From Paraphysomonas bandaiensis (taxonomy: Eukaryota; Protista; Chrysophyceae), in NCBI GenBank assembly GCA_965644295.1, contig CBFFRP010000394.1:1-64000 (forward strand): 64,000 bases of DNA, in the 5' to 3' direction. The position numbers and the translations under genes are program-made. Below, piece after piece: positions 24,365 through 38,606 of this stretch. How positions within the stretch are numbered: position 1 is the first letter of the stretch; the number at the start of each line of letters is the position of its first letter. The notes below the pieces were generated by a model. The model saw only the letters and a program-made list of their open reading frames with translations, was not told the DNA's origin and did no database searches.

Positions 24365-27300
24365 TTACACTTGGAAAAAATTTAATATGTTACTACGCGA
24401 CATTTTTTCCTCCAATGCGGAAACTCTTCGCTGCAGTTGTCTATTCTGAGAATGACTCAAGCCTAACTCGTTATTTAGTTCTGCGACTGCCATTTTCGCT
24501 AAAATTAAATCCTACAATTTCGTCACCAGTCAAAAGTAAAAGTGAAAAACACAACATTACCTGAGCTAAGCTTTCAATATCATGCTCCTTAGATCTAGTC
24601 GTATCTCCTTGGTCATCTACACTATTACTTGCGTAGGACCTTCTATATTCCTCAAGTTCAGCCCGAACAGTGTCAAGCGAGGAATTCATCTGTTGTCTAC
24701 ATTCCTCTAGCTCCGATGTTCTGGCTTCAAGTTCCAACCGAAGGTGAGACAGTTCCGCAGAGCTGGCATCAGTAGTACCACTGTGCAAAGACGCTATTTC
24801 AGCTTTCAGTTGTCTATTTTCATCACGAAGTTCGGATACAACTCGATTTGCATCCCGCTCCTTAACACTTAGCTCCTTCTCCAACTTATCTACAGTCTCA
24901 GAATAAGTATCGCATTTCTCTTCCAATTCCGCATTCGCCATACTTAACTCTATTTCCTTCGCGATCCATTCTTTATTCATGCGATCAAGCTCGCTCTTTA
25001 ATGCAGATACAGTGGCGGTAAACTTAATCTCCCGTGCATGGTATTGACCCTCTCTATCTGAGTCATACTTCTCGCAATCCGGCACCTCAAAAACTTTTTT
25101 ACCCAAATCAACTTCATCCTTTAGAGAAGCAATTTCTGCATACGCGACCGCCATTTTACTCGCCGAATCAACTTCTTTACCGTACAGTTCATCTCTCAAA
25201 CTCTTGACGTCTCTCTGAAGAGCTCCAACAGCAGCTTTATATGCAATGACATCTGCATCATAAGTGGCCTTGGCATCAATAAAAGAGGCTTCCTTCGCCT
25301 GCAATGCTGTAGATGCATCCCGAAGCTGCTCATCACGAGAAGATATCTCAGCCCTCAAACTATCCAATTCTGATCGTAAGGATGCCAATTCAGACTCATG
25401 TGCACTCTCACTAGATGATAACTCCGATTGCTTCGCCTGCAATGCTGTAGATGCATCCCGAAGCTGCTCATCACGAGAAGATATCTCAGCCCTCAAACTA
25501 TCCAATTCTGATCGTAAGGATGCCAACTCAGACTCATGTGCACTCTCACTAGATGATAACTCCGATTCCTTCGCCTGCAATGCTGTAGATGCATCCCGAA
25601 GCTGCTCATCACGAGAAGATATCTCAGCCCTCAAACTATCCAATTCTGATCGTAAGGATGCCAACTCAGACTCATGTGCACTCTCACTAGATGATAACTC
25701 CGATTCCTTCGCCTGCAATGCTGTAGATGCATCCCGAAGCTGCTCATCACGAGAAGATATCTCAGCCCTCAAACTATCCAATTCTGATCGTAAGGATGCC
25801 AACTCAGACTCATGTGCACTCTCACTAGATGATAACTCCGATTCCTTCGCCTGCAATGCTGTAGATGCATCCCGAAGCTGCTCATCACGAGAAGATATCT
25901 CAGCCCTCAAACTATCCAATTCTGATCGTAAGGATGCCAACTCAGACTCATGTGCACTCTCACTAGATGATAACTCCGATTCCTTCGCCTGCAATGCTGT
26001 AGATGCATCCCGAAGCTGCTCATCACGAGAAGATATCTCAGCCCTCAAACTATCCAATTCTGATCGTAAGGATGCCAATTCAGACTCATGTGCACTCTCA
26101 CTAGATGATAACTCCGATTCCTTCGCCTGCAATGCTGTAGATGCATCCCGAAGCTGCTCATCACGAGAAGATATCTCAGCCCTCAAACTATCCAATTCTG
26201 ATCGTAAGGATGCCAATTCAGACTCATGTGCACTCTCACTAGATGATAACTCCGATTCCTTCGCCTGCAATGCTGTAGATGCATCCCGAAGCTGCTCATC
26301 ACGAGAAGATATCTCAGCCCTCAAACTATCCAATTCTGATCGTAAGGATGCCAACTCAGACTCTCAGACTCATGTGCACTCTCACTAGATGATAACTCCG
26401 ATTCCTTCGCCTGCAATGCTGTAGATGCATCCCGAAGCTGCTCATCACGAGAAGATATCTCAGCCCTCAAACTATCCAATTCTGATCGTAAGGATGCCAA
26501 CTCAGACTCATGTGCACTCTCACTAGATGATAACTCCGATTCCTTCGCCTGCAATGCTGTAGATGCATCCCGAAGCTGCTCATCACGAGAAGATATCTCA
26601 GCCCTCAAACTATCCAATTCTGATCGTAAGGATGCCAACTCAGACTCATGTGCACTCTCACTAGATGATAACTCCGATTCCTTCGCCTGCAATGCTGTAG
26701 ATGCATCCCGAAGCTGCTCATCACGAGAAGATATCTCAGCCCTCAAACTATCCAATTCTGATCGTAAGGATGCCAACTCAGACTCATGTGCACTCTCACT
26801 AGATGATAACTCCGATTCCTTCGCCTGCAATGCTGTAGATGCATCCCGAAGCTGCTCATCACGAGAAGATATCTCAGCCCTCAAACTATCCAATTCTGAT
26901 CGTAAGGATGCCAACTCAGACTCATGTGCACTCTCACTAGATGATAACTCCGATTCCTTCGCCTGCAATGCTGTAGATGCATCCCGAAGCTGCTCATCAC
27001 GAGAAGATATCTCAGCCCTCAAACTATCCAATTCTGATCGTAAGGATGCCAACTCAGACTCATGTGCACTCTCACTAGATGATAACTCCGATTCCTTCGC
27101 CTGCAATGCTGTAGATGCATCCCGAAGCTGCTCATCACGAGAAGATATCTCAGCCCTCAAACTATCCAATTCTGATCGTAAGGATGCCAACTCAGACTCA
27201 TGTGCACTCTCACTAGATGATAACACCGATTCCTTCGCCTGCAATGCTGTAGATGCATCCCGAAGCTGCTCATCACGAGAAGATATCTCAGCCCTCAAAC

Positions 27301-29596
27301 TATCCAATTCTGATCGTAAGGATGCCAACTCAGACTCATGTGCACTCTCACTAGATGATAACTCCGATTCCTTCGCCTGCAATGCTGTAGATGCATCCCG
27401 AAGCTGCTCATCACGAGAAGATATCTCAGCCCTCAAACTATCCAATTCTGATCGTAAGGATGCCAACTCAGACTCATGTGCACTCTCACTAGATGATAAC
27501 TCCGATTCCTTCGCCTGCAATGCTGTAGATGCATCCCGAAGCTGCTCATCACGAGAAGATATCCCAGCCCTCAAACTATCCAATTCTGATTGTAAACCTG
27601 ATAAGGTTGAGTTCTGGCTTTCTTGTTGAGATTGAAGTTGCAGTTTTAGTGTTTCTATTTCTTTTTTGTGTTCTTCCTCACTCTGCTCTACAGTGGAATA
27701 TAAGTCATTGTAATCGTCCATTTTTGCTGACAAAGCTCGACGTAGTCTTTCACACTCTTTTATTGCTTCTGCATCATACGACTCGCTCTTTATAGCATCT
27801 TTCATCGTATTTCTTAGACACTCTAGTTTGAAGTCATTTTCTTCCTGTTGCACCCGTAACTGGTTGTTGAGATATGTTATTTGTGAAGTATTCAAGTCGA
27901 TGTCTTCTTGCATGAATGATATATCTTGGAGCTTGGCAAATAACTCCGATCTGAGTCGATTGTTTTCTGCTTTGAGTCTTGTATTCTCGGCGAGGACATC
28001 ATCTGATTGGAGTATCAATGACGACACTGTCGTGCCCACACTATCGATATCATCAGTCCAACCTGCGGATTCATCCTGGCCCTACAATTCTGTAGTTAGG
28101 TGGATAAGAAGGGGCTAGAATTACAAGATTTACCGAGTTAACAGACTTCCCATCCGTACTAGACGCCATTCCAGGCCCCACTGCACTGCTTAGTGCGGCA
28201 CTAAGCTTTAACTTCATATCATCACATGTTCCCTCTAGCTTTGACACATGCTGCTGATATTCCACTTCGCGCTGACGCATTTTAGAAATCGCAGCACTCA
28301 GCTTTCCCTTGTAAAGGGCAAGTTGCTGCTGTAAATGCTTCACATAAGGATCATTGCTGTTGTCATCGTTAACAATGGCTTTGCTAACGATGAGTTTCGC
28401 TCGCTCGACATATCGCAGCGTGTTCATAGATTCGCTGTAGGATGCGTCAATAGGACTGATGGTAGCTAGTATAGTGGTTTTACTGTTTCCCCCGAGGCTA
28501 TCTTTCAGTATCCACGTCAGTATGGAATTGCGGTACGGCACAAACTTATCCTCTGATTCAGAACTATCAGAAAGTGCTCTGATGACATCACCCAGTACAG
28601 ATAGAGACCGGTTTATATTGGTGGCCTCCTTAAGTCTGTCGCCGGTTGCTCCAGTTGAGTTAACGCGCTCGCTTCCAGCAAGATCAATTAAGCAGACTTT
28701 GCTCCTCCGCTGGATGGACTTCTTCTCACGCTGAGATAAATCATCTGCGTTGGCCTCTTTCTGACTTGGCACTAAAAGCTCTATATGCTGCTTCACGAAT
28801 ATAGTGAAGATAGCATGCGACCGAGAACTTTCAGCATTCATCGCTGTTTCTGCCACCTGTCTCTTGCTGTGACCTTCTTCCAGTACACTATGCACGTCGT
28901 CGTAGCACTTAACAGTTCGCATAACCAGGCCTTCCACAAAAGCCCCCTCTTTTGGATGTTCGCGCACTTTACAAGTACTGCCAGGCTTATCGGACAACAG
29001 ATCATATATGCGTTCATTGTACACTTCATAGTACCCGACATGGACCTCCGCAGCAACCCTCTTTTCCAGTTCGCTGTCCCCAGAGCTAGCTTCATCTATC
29101 ATCCCCGATGTTGGACTATATATTTCATGAAGTAAGTCTTTACATAGCCTGGGAATAACACCAGCTTCATCGTCATGAATGTTTCCCATCATCGTGTGGG
29201 TCTTTCCACTCCCAGTTTGTCCTATACACATGGTTCAGCATTACATTACAAAAGACAACATATCATACCATATGCAAAAAGAGAACAATTAAGTCCTTTT
29301 AAACAATTCTGAACAATCGGCTTTCCAATCTCATTATATATATCCCGCTGACCACTATAGTGATTATCAGATTTAGAAAGTGACCAAAATGCAAAATCAT
29401 ATGAAAAATCCCTTTCATTTAATGATTTTTCTTTATCTGATTTTCCATTTGTTTGAAAAAACTTGGGATTTAATATAAGTATTTCCTTGTTGTGTTTCCC
29501 TGGAGATACTATGATTTTTCTATGATCGTTAATTTCTTTTGATGAGAGGGGACGTATGCGTACAGCTGTTATGACGCGATTCGTTTCGATGTCCAT
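24365..29596 (-). CDS. Kinesin-3-type N-terminal motor with a very long repetitive coiled-coil tail
   Basis: AVRIRP, FSYDFAFWS, FAYG|QTGSGKT, KVREHP, NAESSRSH, DLAGSER, VPYRNSILTWILKDSLGGNSKT. Introns near 29.25, 28.1 and 24.55 kb; last exon DLILAKMAVAEL..QV* (24511-24365). An 8-bp duplication near 26356-26371 breaks the frame. Confidence 0.9.
25290..27590 (-). repeat. Coding tandem repeat, 138 bp (46 aa) x ~16.6
   Basis: Unit SELASLRSELDSLRAEISSRDEQLRDASTALQAKESELSSSESAHE; copies are nearly identical at the DNA level. Confidence 0.97.
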
Positions 29597-29720
29597 TTTA
29601 GGGTTGAGAGGTATGGAAGGGTGTATGGATAGGAGGGTCAGGACATGTTGACAAAGAGTAGTTAGAGAATAACAAATGCTTCGATTTAAAATAACAAGAT
29701 AGCTAACTGTACTGTACAAA

Positions 29721-30324
29721 CATACATACATACATACATACATACATACATACATACATACATACATACATACATACATACATACATACATACATACATA
29801 CATACATACATACATACATACATACATACATACATACATACATACATACATACATACATACATACATACATACATACATACATACATACATACATACATA
29901 CATACATACATACATACATACATACATACATACATACATACATACATACATACATACATACATACAAACATACACATACATACATATGTACATACATACA
30001 TACATACATACATACATACATACATACATACATACATACATACATACATACATACATACATACATACATACATACATACATACATACATACATACATACA
30101 TACATACATACATACATACATACATACATACATACATACATACATACATACATACACACATACATACATACATACATACATACATACATACATACATACA
30201 TACATACATACATACATACATACATACATACATACATACATACATACATACATACATACATACATACATACATACATACATACATACATACAAACATACA
30301 CATACATACATATGTACATACATA
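29721..30324. repeat. (CATA)n microsatellite, ~600 bp
   Basis: Seen directly; between the divergent kinesin and p101/PACS-like gene starts. Confidence 0.99.
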
Positions 30325-30641
30325 TACTGCTGTATACCATATCCAACTGGTGCAGTATTATGATACACAACACACAACACAACAATGCTGTACGCGTAGA
30401 TGTGTGTGTATACGTGTACAAGTATGTATATTTTGGTAGTGTAGAAGATCATGTTAATGTTACTTGCAACTAACATACATATATACATACAATAACATCA
30501 TACACACCCGCTTATCACTCCTATCATAAAGAAGAATAACATAGGAAGGATAATCCCTTCATCTTTCTATTCTTCATCATGATTTCAAACATATTTCGTT
30601 CAAGTAAGAATATTAATTCAGCGGGTAAAGTAACTAAAATT

Positions 30642-33600
30642 ATGGCCTCTGAAAGTGCAGATGATATCGCTAAAAGTATTATTAAGTAAGTCTATATATA
30701 GAATAGTTTAAATTCTTATTAAACTCTATTAAAATAGTGGGGATATTGTACTGGTCCCAGGGGAATATGCCAGTTTTTGGAGTAGTATAACACGTGAAAG
30801 ATCCACCTGCGCCCGTTATATGGCTCGTATAGTTATCCTTCTTATTAATTTGGAAAAAGATCAAACAAAGACCGAAAAAGCACTTTTAAATCATAAATAC
30901 GGAACGATTGATAACTTTATCACGTTACTATTGAATACTATTCAGTTTCTGGATATATTTGTTGGTTTTGATCCCGCTAATGAGGCATATATATCTGCCA
31001 TGGAGAAATATGATATGGCTAAGAAGGCCACGCCTATATTCAAGAATAAACGAATTGATGATGGTTTAAACGGACTTGCAAGGAGAAGGGCTAATAAGGG
31101 AAAGACTGCGGTAAAAATGCTGGTTGATTGTTCCACGTTGGAGTCTGAGGTACATGCCTGTATATGCCGTTCAGTGTGCTGTACTTGTAAGCAATCCTGC
31201 GTACTAAGTCTATGATTAGGAGGAAATGAGACACTCCGCGATGTCTGATATCACCTGCTCTAGTGTGATGACTATTGATCGGTCCGATGTGGAGTTTAAT
31301 ACAGAGTGCTCATTGGTTGATTTCCCATTCACTTTCACAGCGTTGACTAGGATGACAAGGGCTGATGTTTCCCCCCTAATATTTGATGAAGTTTTGAAAC
31401 AGTTAGAGGGAGCGGTAAGATGAATATATGTCAATATATATAGTACTGTTGTTTTGCATTTATTCGTAGTTACCGTCATGGCTGATTAGATTAGGTTGTT
31501 CTTTTCTTGTTTACATGACTTACCGATGAATACGTGTAGGGCTCAGCATTGTCGTCTATGGCCGCAATGCAAGGCCGCACACTTGCACTTATGTTCATGC
31601 TGAGGGAGTTTCTTACCATCAGTCCTACTGCTGATCAGGTACTACATCTTAAGTTTTGCATATTTTAGAGTAGTGCTCAGTAGATGGTATATTGTCACGA
31701 TATTGTACTGCGATGCATAGGGAAATAGGATCTTTGCAGCCATATTTTAAAATTAATACATGTCTATAAACGTCCAGTTATCTTATCACATTGTATAGGC
31801 ATGGATGCATCGCGCTGGTGAGGTTTTAATTGGATTGTACAAGTGGCCACGACCGTACGGGTTAATTGCTAGAGATCTGCTGGAGTTTATATCTGTAGAA
31901 AAAAGATCACCAGGTGACTGCTATGATCAATGTTGATGTGCTACAAATACAACTTTTATTTACAAATTATACACGCGGTTACGTATATATATAGGGTATC
32001 ATTTACGACAACGAATTTTAGCGGAAAACCCCGACATGCAGCCCTCAGTGATGTGTCATCAGTGTAAAGGTACCCCTCTGGATGCAGCAGTTCCCTACCT
32101 TCAACACATCGATGATCAGTACTACTCCACTACCTCTAGCCACGTTTATCTCTTTCTTGACAAATCTCAGCCACTCTGCTGTACGAACCGCTATTTGCTT
32201 CTCTCAGAATTACGAGACCGCAGTGATACGATTGAATCTAGTTCATCTGGTATGACGGCCATGTCGAAGCATATGTCGACCACGACACATGCACTATCAA
32301 CTGCTGGTCAAGATCGCCTGTTGTCTCTAAGACGTGAGATTTTATTACATATTCTGGATTTAGATTTTTGCATTCGAGATAAACCTCCACCCGGAGTGAA
32401 AAATGCAATCGTGGACTCTTTAGGGCTTGATGGCATGGATGAGTGGCAGGTCGCCGTGTGGTACTGTCGTGCATTGGCTATAGTAGAGAAAGCAAAGGAG
32501 CTCCCGGTGCACTCTACAACCACCGAAAAGGACGGGGTGAATAGGGGTGATGAGTCCACAGGTATTCTTGCACGAACCGTGCACCGTTACACCTCATTGT
32601 GTCACCGTGTAAATGGTTTGAATGAATATGTATATTTATACCCAGCTTTGTGGCTACTGTATGCTAAACCGAATATCAGGTCCCTCAATGCAAGCTATGT
32701 ATGGCTCCATTCCAGGCGGCCTAGCTAAGTTGTACCGCGAGAGCATGTTGGCTGAGCTTCTCCATGAAATTTGTCCCAATAAAACCTTTGCTCCTCGTCG
32801 AAGTGAAAATATAGTGCCTTCTGATAAACGGAAGTCTTATAATCGGCCTCCAAGCTTGTCATTTCCCCTAACGTTAGAAGAAATACAATCTTGCAAGAAA
32901 GGTGAGTACATACCCATGTACAGTACATTGGTGTGAATAGGAAGAATAAGAGTATATGTTTTCATCGGAGTTAGATATCGTTTCCTGTATTCTTGGGAGG
33001 AAATTTAATAGTGTTATATAGATCAAGACGATGTATGCAATGACACATCTGGACCAGCACGAGATAGTTCAGCCGAGGCCACAATGGCGGACGTTTCATC
33101 TGCCACGTCCGAACCGGCCCACCCCAAGCCAGAGCATGCTCTACAACCTCCCGTGGTGTTTGGGCAACAAGCCCCACACCTCCCCGATTTAACCTTTCAA
33201 GTGTATGACATTGAAGTTGTAGGAGGTAAGTGTCGTGTAACCTTAGTGTAGTAAATTTCTTCCATGATTGTGTGGTTGAATATGCTGAACCAGAAAAGTG
33301 CTATTGATAAATATTTGGTTATATATATTGAGATAGCTTTGTCGATAATTTCTAATTTTCTAATGCGTTAAGGAGGGCCTGAGTCAATGGCAGCCGCCCC
33401 ATCCACGAAGACCATCGATGTCAAGAGTGGGTATGGAGAATTGCGGAATACCTACGGATATGTACACATATACCAGGTATAGTATAGGAGAGAAGGTTAC
33501 ATATCCTGTGATAGCACTAGCATATACTACAGTATATATAGAGAATATATATATTAGCCTGACACATCGACGTGTCCGTTCGGTATTGACTTTTTTGCGT

Positions 33601-36100
33601 AGGATTCCGATTGCATAATGAAGATGATCAGTGATGTTCTGACGACGTGGAATGAGCTGTATGGAGACCCGCAATCTGGATCTGTGGAGCCTGCTCAAAA
33701 AATTCTCGTGAAAGTACGTGCTTACATGTTGTGCTATAAATACAAACTGTTTTCTATTGGTATGATATTTTTAAGTTGCACACATGTATTATGCTGTTGA
33801 TGGGATTAGTGACTGCGAATTATACTAATCCCAATCTAATATTTTTTTGTAGGCGGTGCTAATGGGGTGCAACATTGTCATACATCGCTTTCTTTGCGCA
33901 TATGTTGTGTTACTTACTGATCATCCTGATCTGACGAGTAAAATAGACGTAAGTATGTCTGCTTTACTGCTTATTGCAATGTTTTTCGTATGGGTGGAAA
34001 TGAATTGCTATCCGCAGTCATAGTTTCACACACTCTTAAGGAGTTGTATTATATGCATAATTTCTTATTTGCAATATTTTTAGCTTCGCCTTTACCTGGT
34101 CCCTGTGGGAAATAACAAATTGGGAACCTTTCTTGCTCGCTCTGATAAATGGTACAGAAGACACATATATGATTCTTTTAGAGGCCCCTTGGGTATTTGT
34201 CCTCAGGTGAGTTACTATATTTATAGGCTTGTTATTTTTAAAAAAATCGTGTTGGTCGTTACGTGTGTTCTGTTATAGTACCCTTACGACTCAGAGTGCT
34301 CTGTTGAATCACTTGAAGATTCGGGAATTCAAAAGTCATTACCTGTAACTAGCTTACGAAAACTTCTACAAGACTATGTTCGACAAGCCAATAACACCTA
34401 TAACGTGTGTGTTTTTGAAGGTGTGCGACATTGGGGATTCGTATTTAGATAAATTTATGTGTATTCTAGATACTAAAGTTTTTGTAAATGTTGTGTTTAG
34501 CTTGTATATGTGACGAAATCAACTGTCCTAAATACGTCTTTTGCTGCACAGTACTTTGTTGGGCCGCCTCTGAAGAGCCTACGTCCCCTTCGTCCTCATC
34601 CCCTCGTGCCTCTGGTAGCTTCGAATCTGACGACCCATCCACTCTTCTACACTCCCAATCAAGTCCAGATATTGTGATACCGTTTGTAATGCAAATTGAA
34701 ATAGGTTTTAAGGCCCAGCTCGAAAGGTTCAAACATGCACCAATGGAGACATTACATCAGAAGCAGCCATTGAAAACAAGTATGAATTTTACTGCCAAGG
34801 CGACACCGAAGGTATGAATCTATTTGTCTACAGTTGTGAATTTGCATGAGTGCGAGTTATTAGCGGCAATTTGTCAGGTTGCTTGCAATACATATGTAGA
34901 CAGATATATAACCTGAGGTATTTGCTTTTTATATGTATATTCTCACTCACAGGAAATTGTTATGGACCGGGACTCACATATATCACCCATCGAGCTATCG
35001 ATATCCTATATGCCGTGCTCTATGAGTGGCGCCGCAACCAACCGTGGAATGCCCAACAAGGACCAGACTAGTGCCATGAGTAAAATCGACTCCTACGCAA
35101 ACTTAAGTTTCAATAATTTCCCCATGGCTAGGTGAGTTGCTGTGACATTGCGCGTAATACGTACAAGTTTTCAGTTTTATATGTTGTTCATACGTACGCA
35201 TTTACGTGTTCCTTCCACTATACACAATATGTCTGTGTGCGGCTGCTTGTATGTATAGAGATACATTTGCACATGCTGTGTATTTATTTTCATCCTTCTC
35301 TTTTTTTGATATAGTTCCTCCCGAGATGACTACCTTGGTGGCTCTTCTGAAGGAGTCGACCAACAGCTTGTGCCCAATGCCCCTCATGTTAATTTTCTCG
35401 TGATGAACACTCAGCCTTGCAAAGGTATAACTCGTAGCTTACTATTTCGTCTCCTTGTCCATAGCGTATTTCAAACGGTAAATACAACTTCCCTGACATT
35501 TGCTCAGGTCCGCTCTACGATGCATATGTAGCACGAAAGAGAAACCAGCGGTCCGTGGACGAATTTTTTAAAGCACTGAAGGACCCTGAATCGTTTGAAA
35601 GCCCACAGGCAATAGGAGCTGTGGAAGTGGATGTGATAAATACCAAAGACAAGTTTCATAGTAAGAGCTATTACGTTGGGCATGCCATGCTATATGTCAT
35701 GAATTTGTTTGCTTTGCATAAGTTGTGATATTGATGTTCTGTTTTTAGTTTTGGTCGATGGAGCACTCTATGGTCCGTTTAGAAGGATTGTAATCCGTTC
35801 GTGTCAGGTAAATAAACTGTTCCGTGTGTTTTATTTTTTCAATAGGTAGTTGTGTGGGAATATGTTCAGTTTATGTCAGTTGGGATGTATATATGTTGCG
35901 TCGACGGTAATTGTGTATATTACGTTTGTGTATTGCTCTGAGAGGCATGTTTGCTATAACTGATTGAAGGGCAATATGCGCCACTTTCGTGTTGTCTGAT
36001 AATGCTGTGACGGTGCTAACCTTAGGTTGGAGTGGAGGCATCATCAGATCATGGTATTGCTACTGTGCCCATTATGACCCATATGCCAATAGGTTTCTAA
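30642..36100 (+). CDS. Multi-exon protein related to PI3K class IB regulators p101/p84 and the PACS C-terminal region
   Basis: Hand-spliced pieces: LYKWPRPYGLIARDLLEFISVEKRSP|GYHLRQRILAE; VK|AVLMG..HRFLCAY..|LRLYLVPVGNNKLGTFLARSDKWYRRHI; LLQDYVRQANNTYNVCVFE; VIPFVMQIEIG; VLVDGALYGPFRRI; PIMTHMPIGF*. Full exon structure is approximate. Confidence 0.7.
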
Positions 36101-36926
36101 GATGAATGGGACGAGGTGCGTCGTGTTTTCAACAGTTAGTTTGCAATTTGTAAGGGTTAAATGGTGATAATACTAGACATGATGTTGTAGTTGGTAGTAG
36201 GTGTCAATGCTGTAAAACATTGATTATGCAATTGATGCCAATTTTTAATCAATTAGAACTAGTTTTTATTGTCTGAATTTAAACGGTAGCGATTGTAGTA
36301 ATAATTATAAAACTGGGTGGGTTGCTTAAATCGTATTAGGATAGTAGCACATCAGTGTATAGTGTATAGGCGCAAGTATGCGCTCACACATTGCTACAAT
36401 TATTTCATTGAATTTATTTCGTCATTTTTCCCACCTTAGACTACCACATGTGGTTGGACACTTTGGAACCTATTCCTAATTCCCCAAAACTGAGTTTTGC
36501 ATATTATTTCCCTTTGTGTTACAACTTTTTTAATTTTTCTCAGTGGGTGTATAATCGATAATATAAACGAATACAGCCAATCAATAGAGGCGAATAAGTG
36601 TTAATGATTATTTTACGGTATGTGCACCGCCCTGAGATAGTACAAACGCCGCACAAGTAGTTTCTAAATAATACTATATACCGTAAAAAGCAAACAACAA
36701 TATGAACCTTCTATTTGTTCTGTACCACTTCCGAAAATACACACCCTGGCTACGAATTCGAACATATTCATAAATATTTCGAAGGAAATAATATATTTCA
36801 CAGTATTCGAGCCATGATACAACGCGATGACAGTGCCCAGATAAGCTTGACTTCTATATTACCTGTCTCACATGCCATACGCTGAATATCATTGCACGTA
36901 GGAACTTTTGCAAGTTGTTAGGTGTG

Positions 36927-38606
36927 TTAAGTGCGGCTGCTGAAGAGCAGCTGTGCAGCTAACTCGACGTCTCCCTCCGCTTGGGAAAGAGCATTACTGG
37001 CTTCCACAATTGAAAATCCAAGAGAGCATAAGTGGATCACATCACTGTTGACCAAGTGAGCATCAGAACAGGAAGCATCTCCTAATGATCCAGAACGGGA
37101 TACACCGGTCCTATTCGGTGACGAGGGTTCGCCTTCAGAATGAGAACGAGAGCGTTTAGAAACGCTATCCTCTGGAAACTTCTTAGGAATTTCTCCTACA
37201 GAAATGATAAAGGCTAAGAGCACCATATAAAATAATGCTAGACAATGTATCCCATTATGAAAATACTACTGCATAATATGGTAGAGGAAAATGTAACAGT
37301 GTGTAATACGTGTGAAGACATTTATGCTTAAAAAAATTCATACCCTCCGACAAAAATGGAGCTTCTTCAATCCCCCTACTTCCCTCCACCCTCAGTACAT
37401 TGTCTCTCAAATCTATCGCACATCGATGGCGTTTGAGCATATCGAGCCCGAACAAGAAGTCCACGTCGTCGTTTTCCAAAACTGTTAAAGAGATTGGGAA
37501 AAACGACTGACCAAGTTTCATCTGAGCCATATGCACTCGGCCAACTATTTTAGCAGTTCCTACGAAATAACAAGTGGAATGAATGCCATGTGGTTCAAAC
37601 AATATATATTTGTAAATTCTACGACATCGTTGCACATGACATCCAGGCATACACAACTAGTACATAGAGCTACACAAACATAGGAAGTCGCTGTAGCACT
37701 GTAAAAGCAATATACACATGTACTCTATATTGCTTCGCATACTACTACGTAGTTCGATGTTCTTACCAACACCCCTAGCCTGCCCTGACCACCTCGTGTC
37801 TATGAGCCTGGTAACACCACACCTCTCCGCGCAGCCCACAGACATAATCGTGCTTTGCGCTCCACTATCTACAAAGGCCTTGATGGGAGTACCATTCACC
37901 TCTATATTTATGTATAGCATATGCACACTCCCAAAACTTTCTGGCATTTCCTCCATAGCTGTTTCCATGCTAGCCTACAAGCAAAGAGATTACGATATAT
38001 GCATTGTGTTTAAGGCTACAAAGCCAGTCAAAAACCCAAGGCAGAGCGCAACACCACAAGACGCGCGTCATCAATAACACATACCTGGACGTTCTGTTGT
38101 CTAATTCGTTCAGCAATTAAAGCCTGATTCTCTTCGCTAAGAGGATCTGCAAATATCCTGGCCTCCTCCTCCCTCTTATCAAATATCACTTTATGATTAG
38201 CTAATGATCGTTTCATCATAAGCATTCTTAATGGAGCGACATCAGGGGCTTGTAATGCTTCTACCATTTCCATATCACCATTTGATTGCATTTGAGTAAT
38301 CAAATGAGGATTCTCATGAACTAATTGTCGTAATGCATCAGGTGTGATATTATTTGGTATATCATGTAAACTCATCCGTATATTATGATTTTGTTTTTTT
38401 CCTACTGATATAATATCATCATTTTGTAATTTTATAGTATTTAAATGATCTCCAGTAAATTCTTCTCCATAATAAACTATCGTTAAATCATTCATACTGA
38501 TACCTACTTCAGCTGCAATAATTTGTATAATAGTATTATTTGTTTCATTATCTGGAAGTTCAAGTATACTGATATTACCATCTGATGTAACGATAGATAT
38601 TTTCAT
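36927..38606 (-). CDS. DDI1: DNA damage-inducible protein 1 (UBL - retroviral-like aspartyl protease - UBA)
   Basis: [49 protein letters not shown]; N-terminal UBL; C-terminal UBA ([19 protein letters not shown]); several introns. Confidence 0.96.

Noticed and set aside
25264-26388. 374-aa plus-strand ORF
   Set aside because: Antisense shadow of the kinesin 138-bp repeat.
18783-36100. RasGEF + p101-like gene as a Ras-PI3K signalling cluster
   Set aside because: They are separated by unrelated genes; eukaryotic adjacency alone is not evidence without conserved synteny.
37657-37968. Retroelement protease (DSGA)
   Set aside because: It lies within an intron-containing UBL-RVP-UBA host gene, DDI1.
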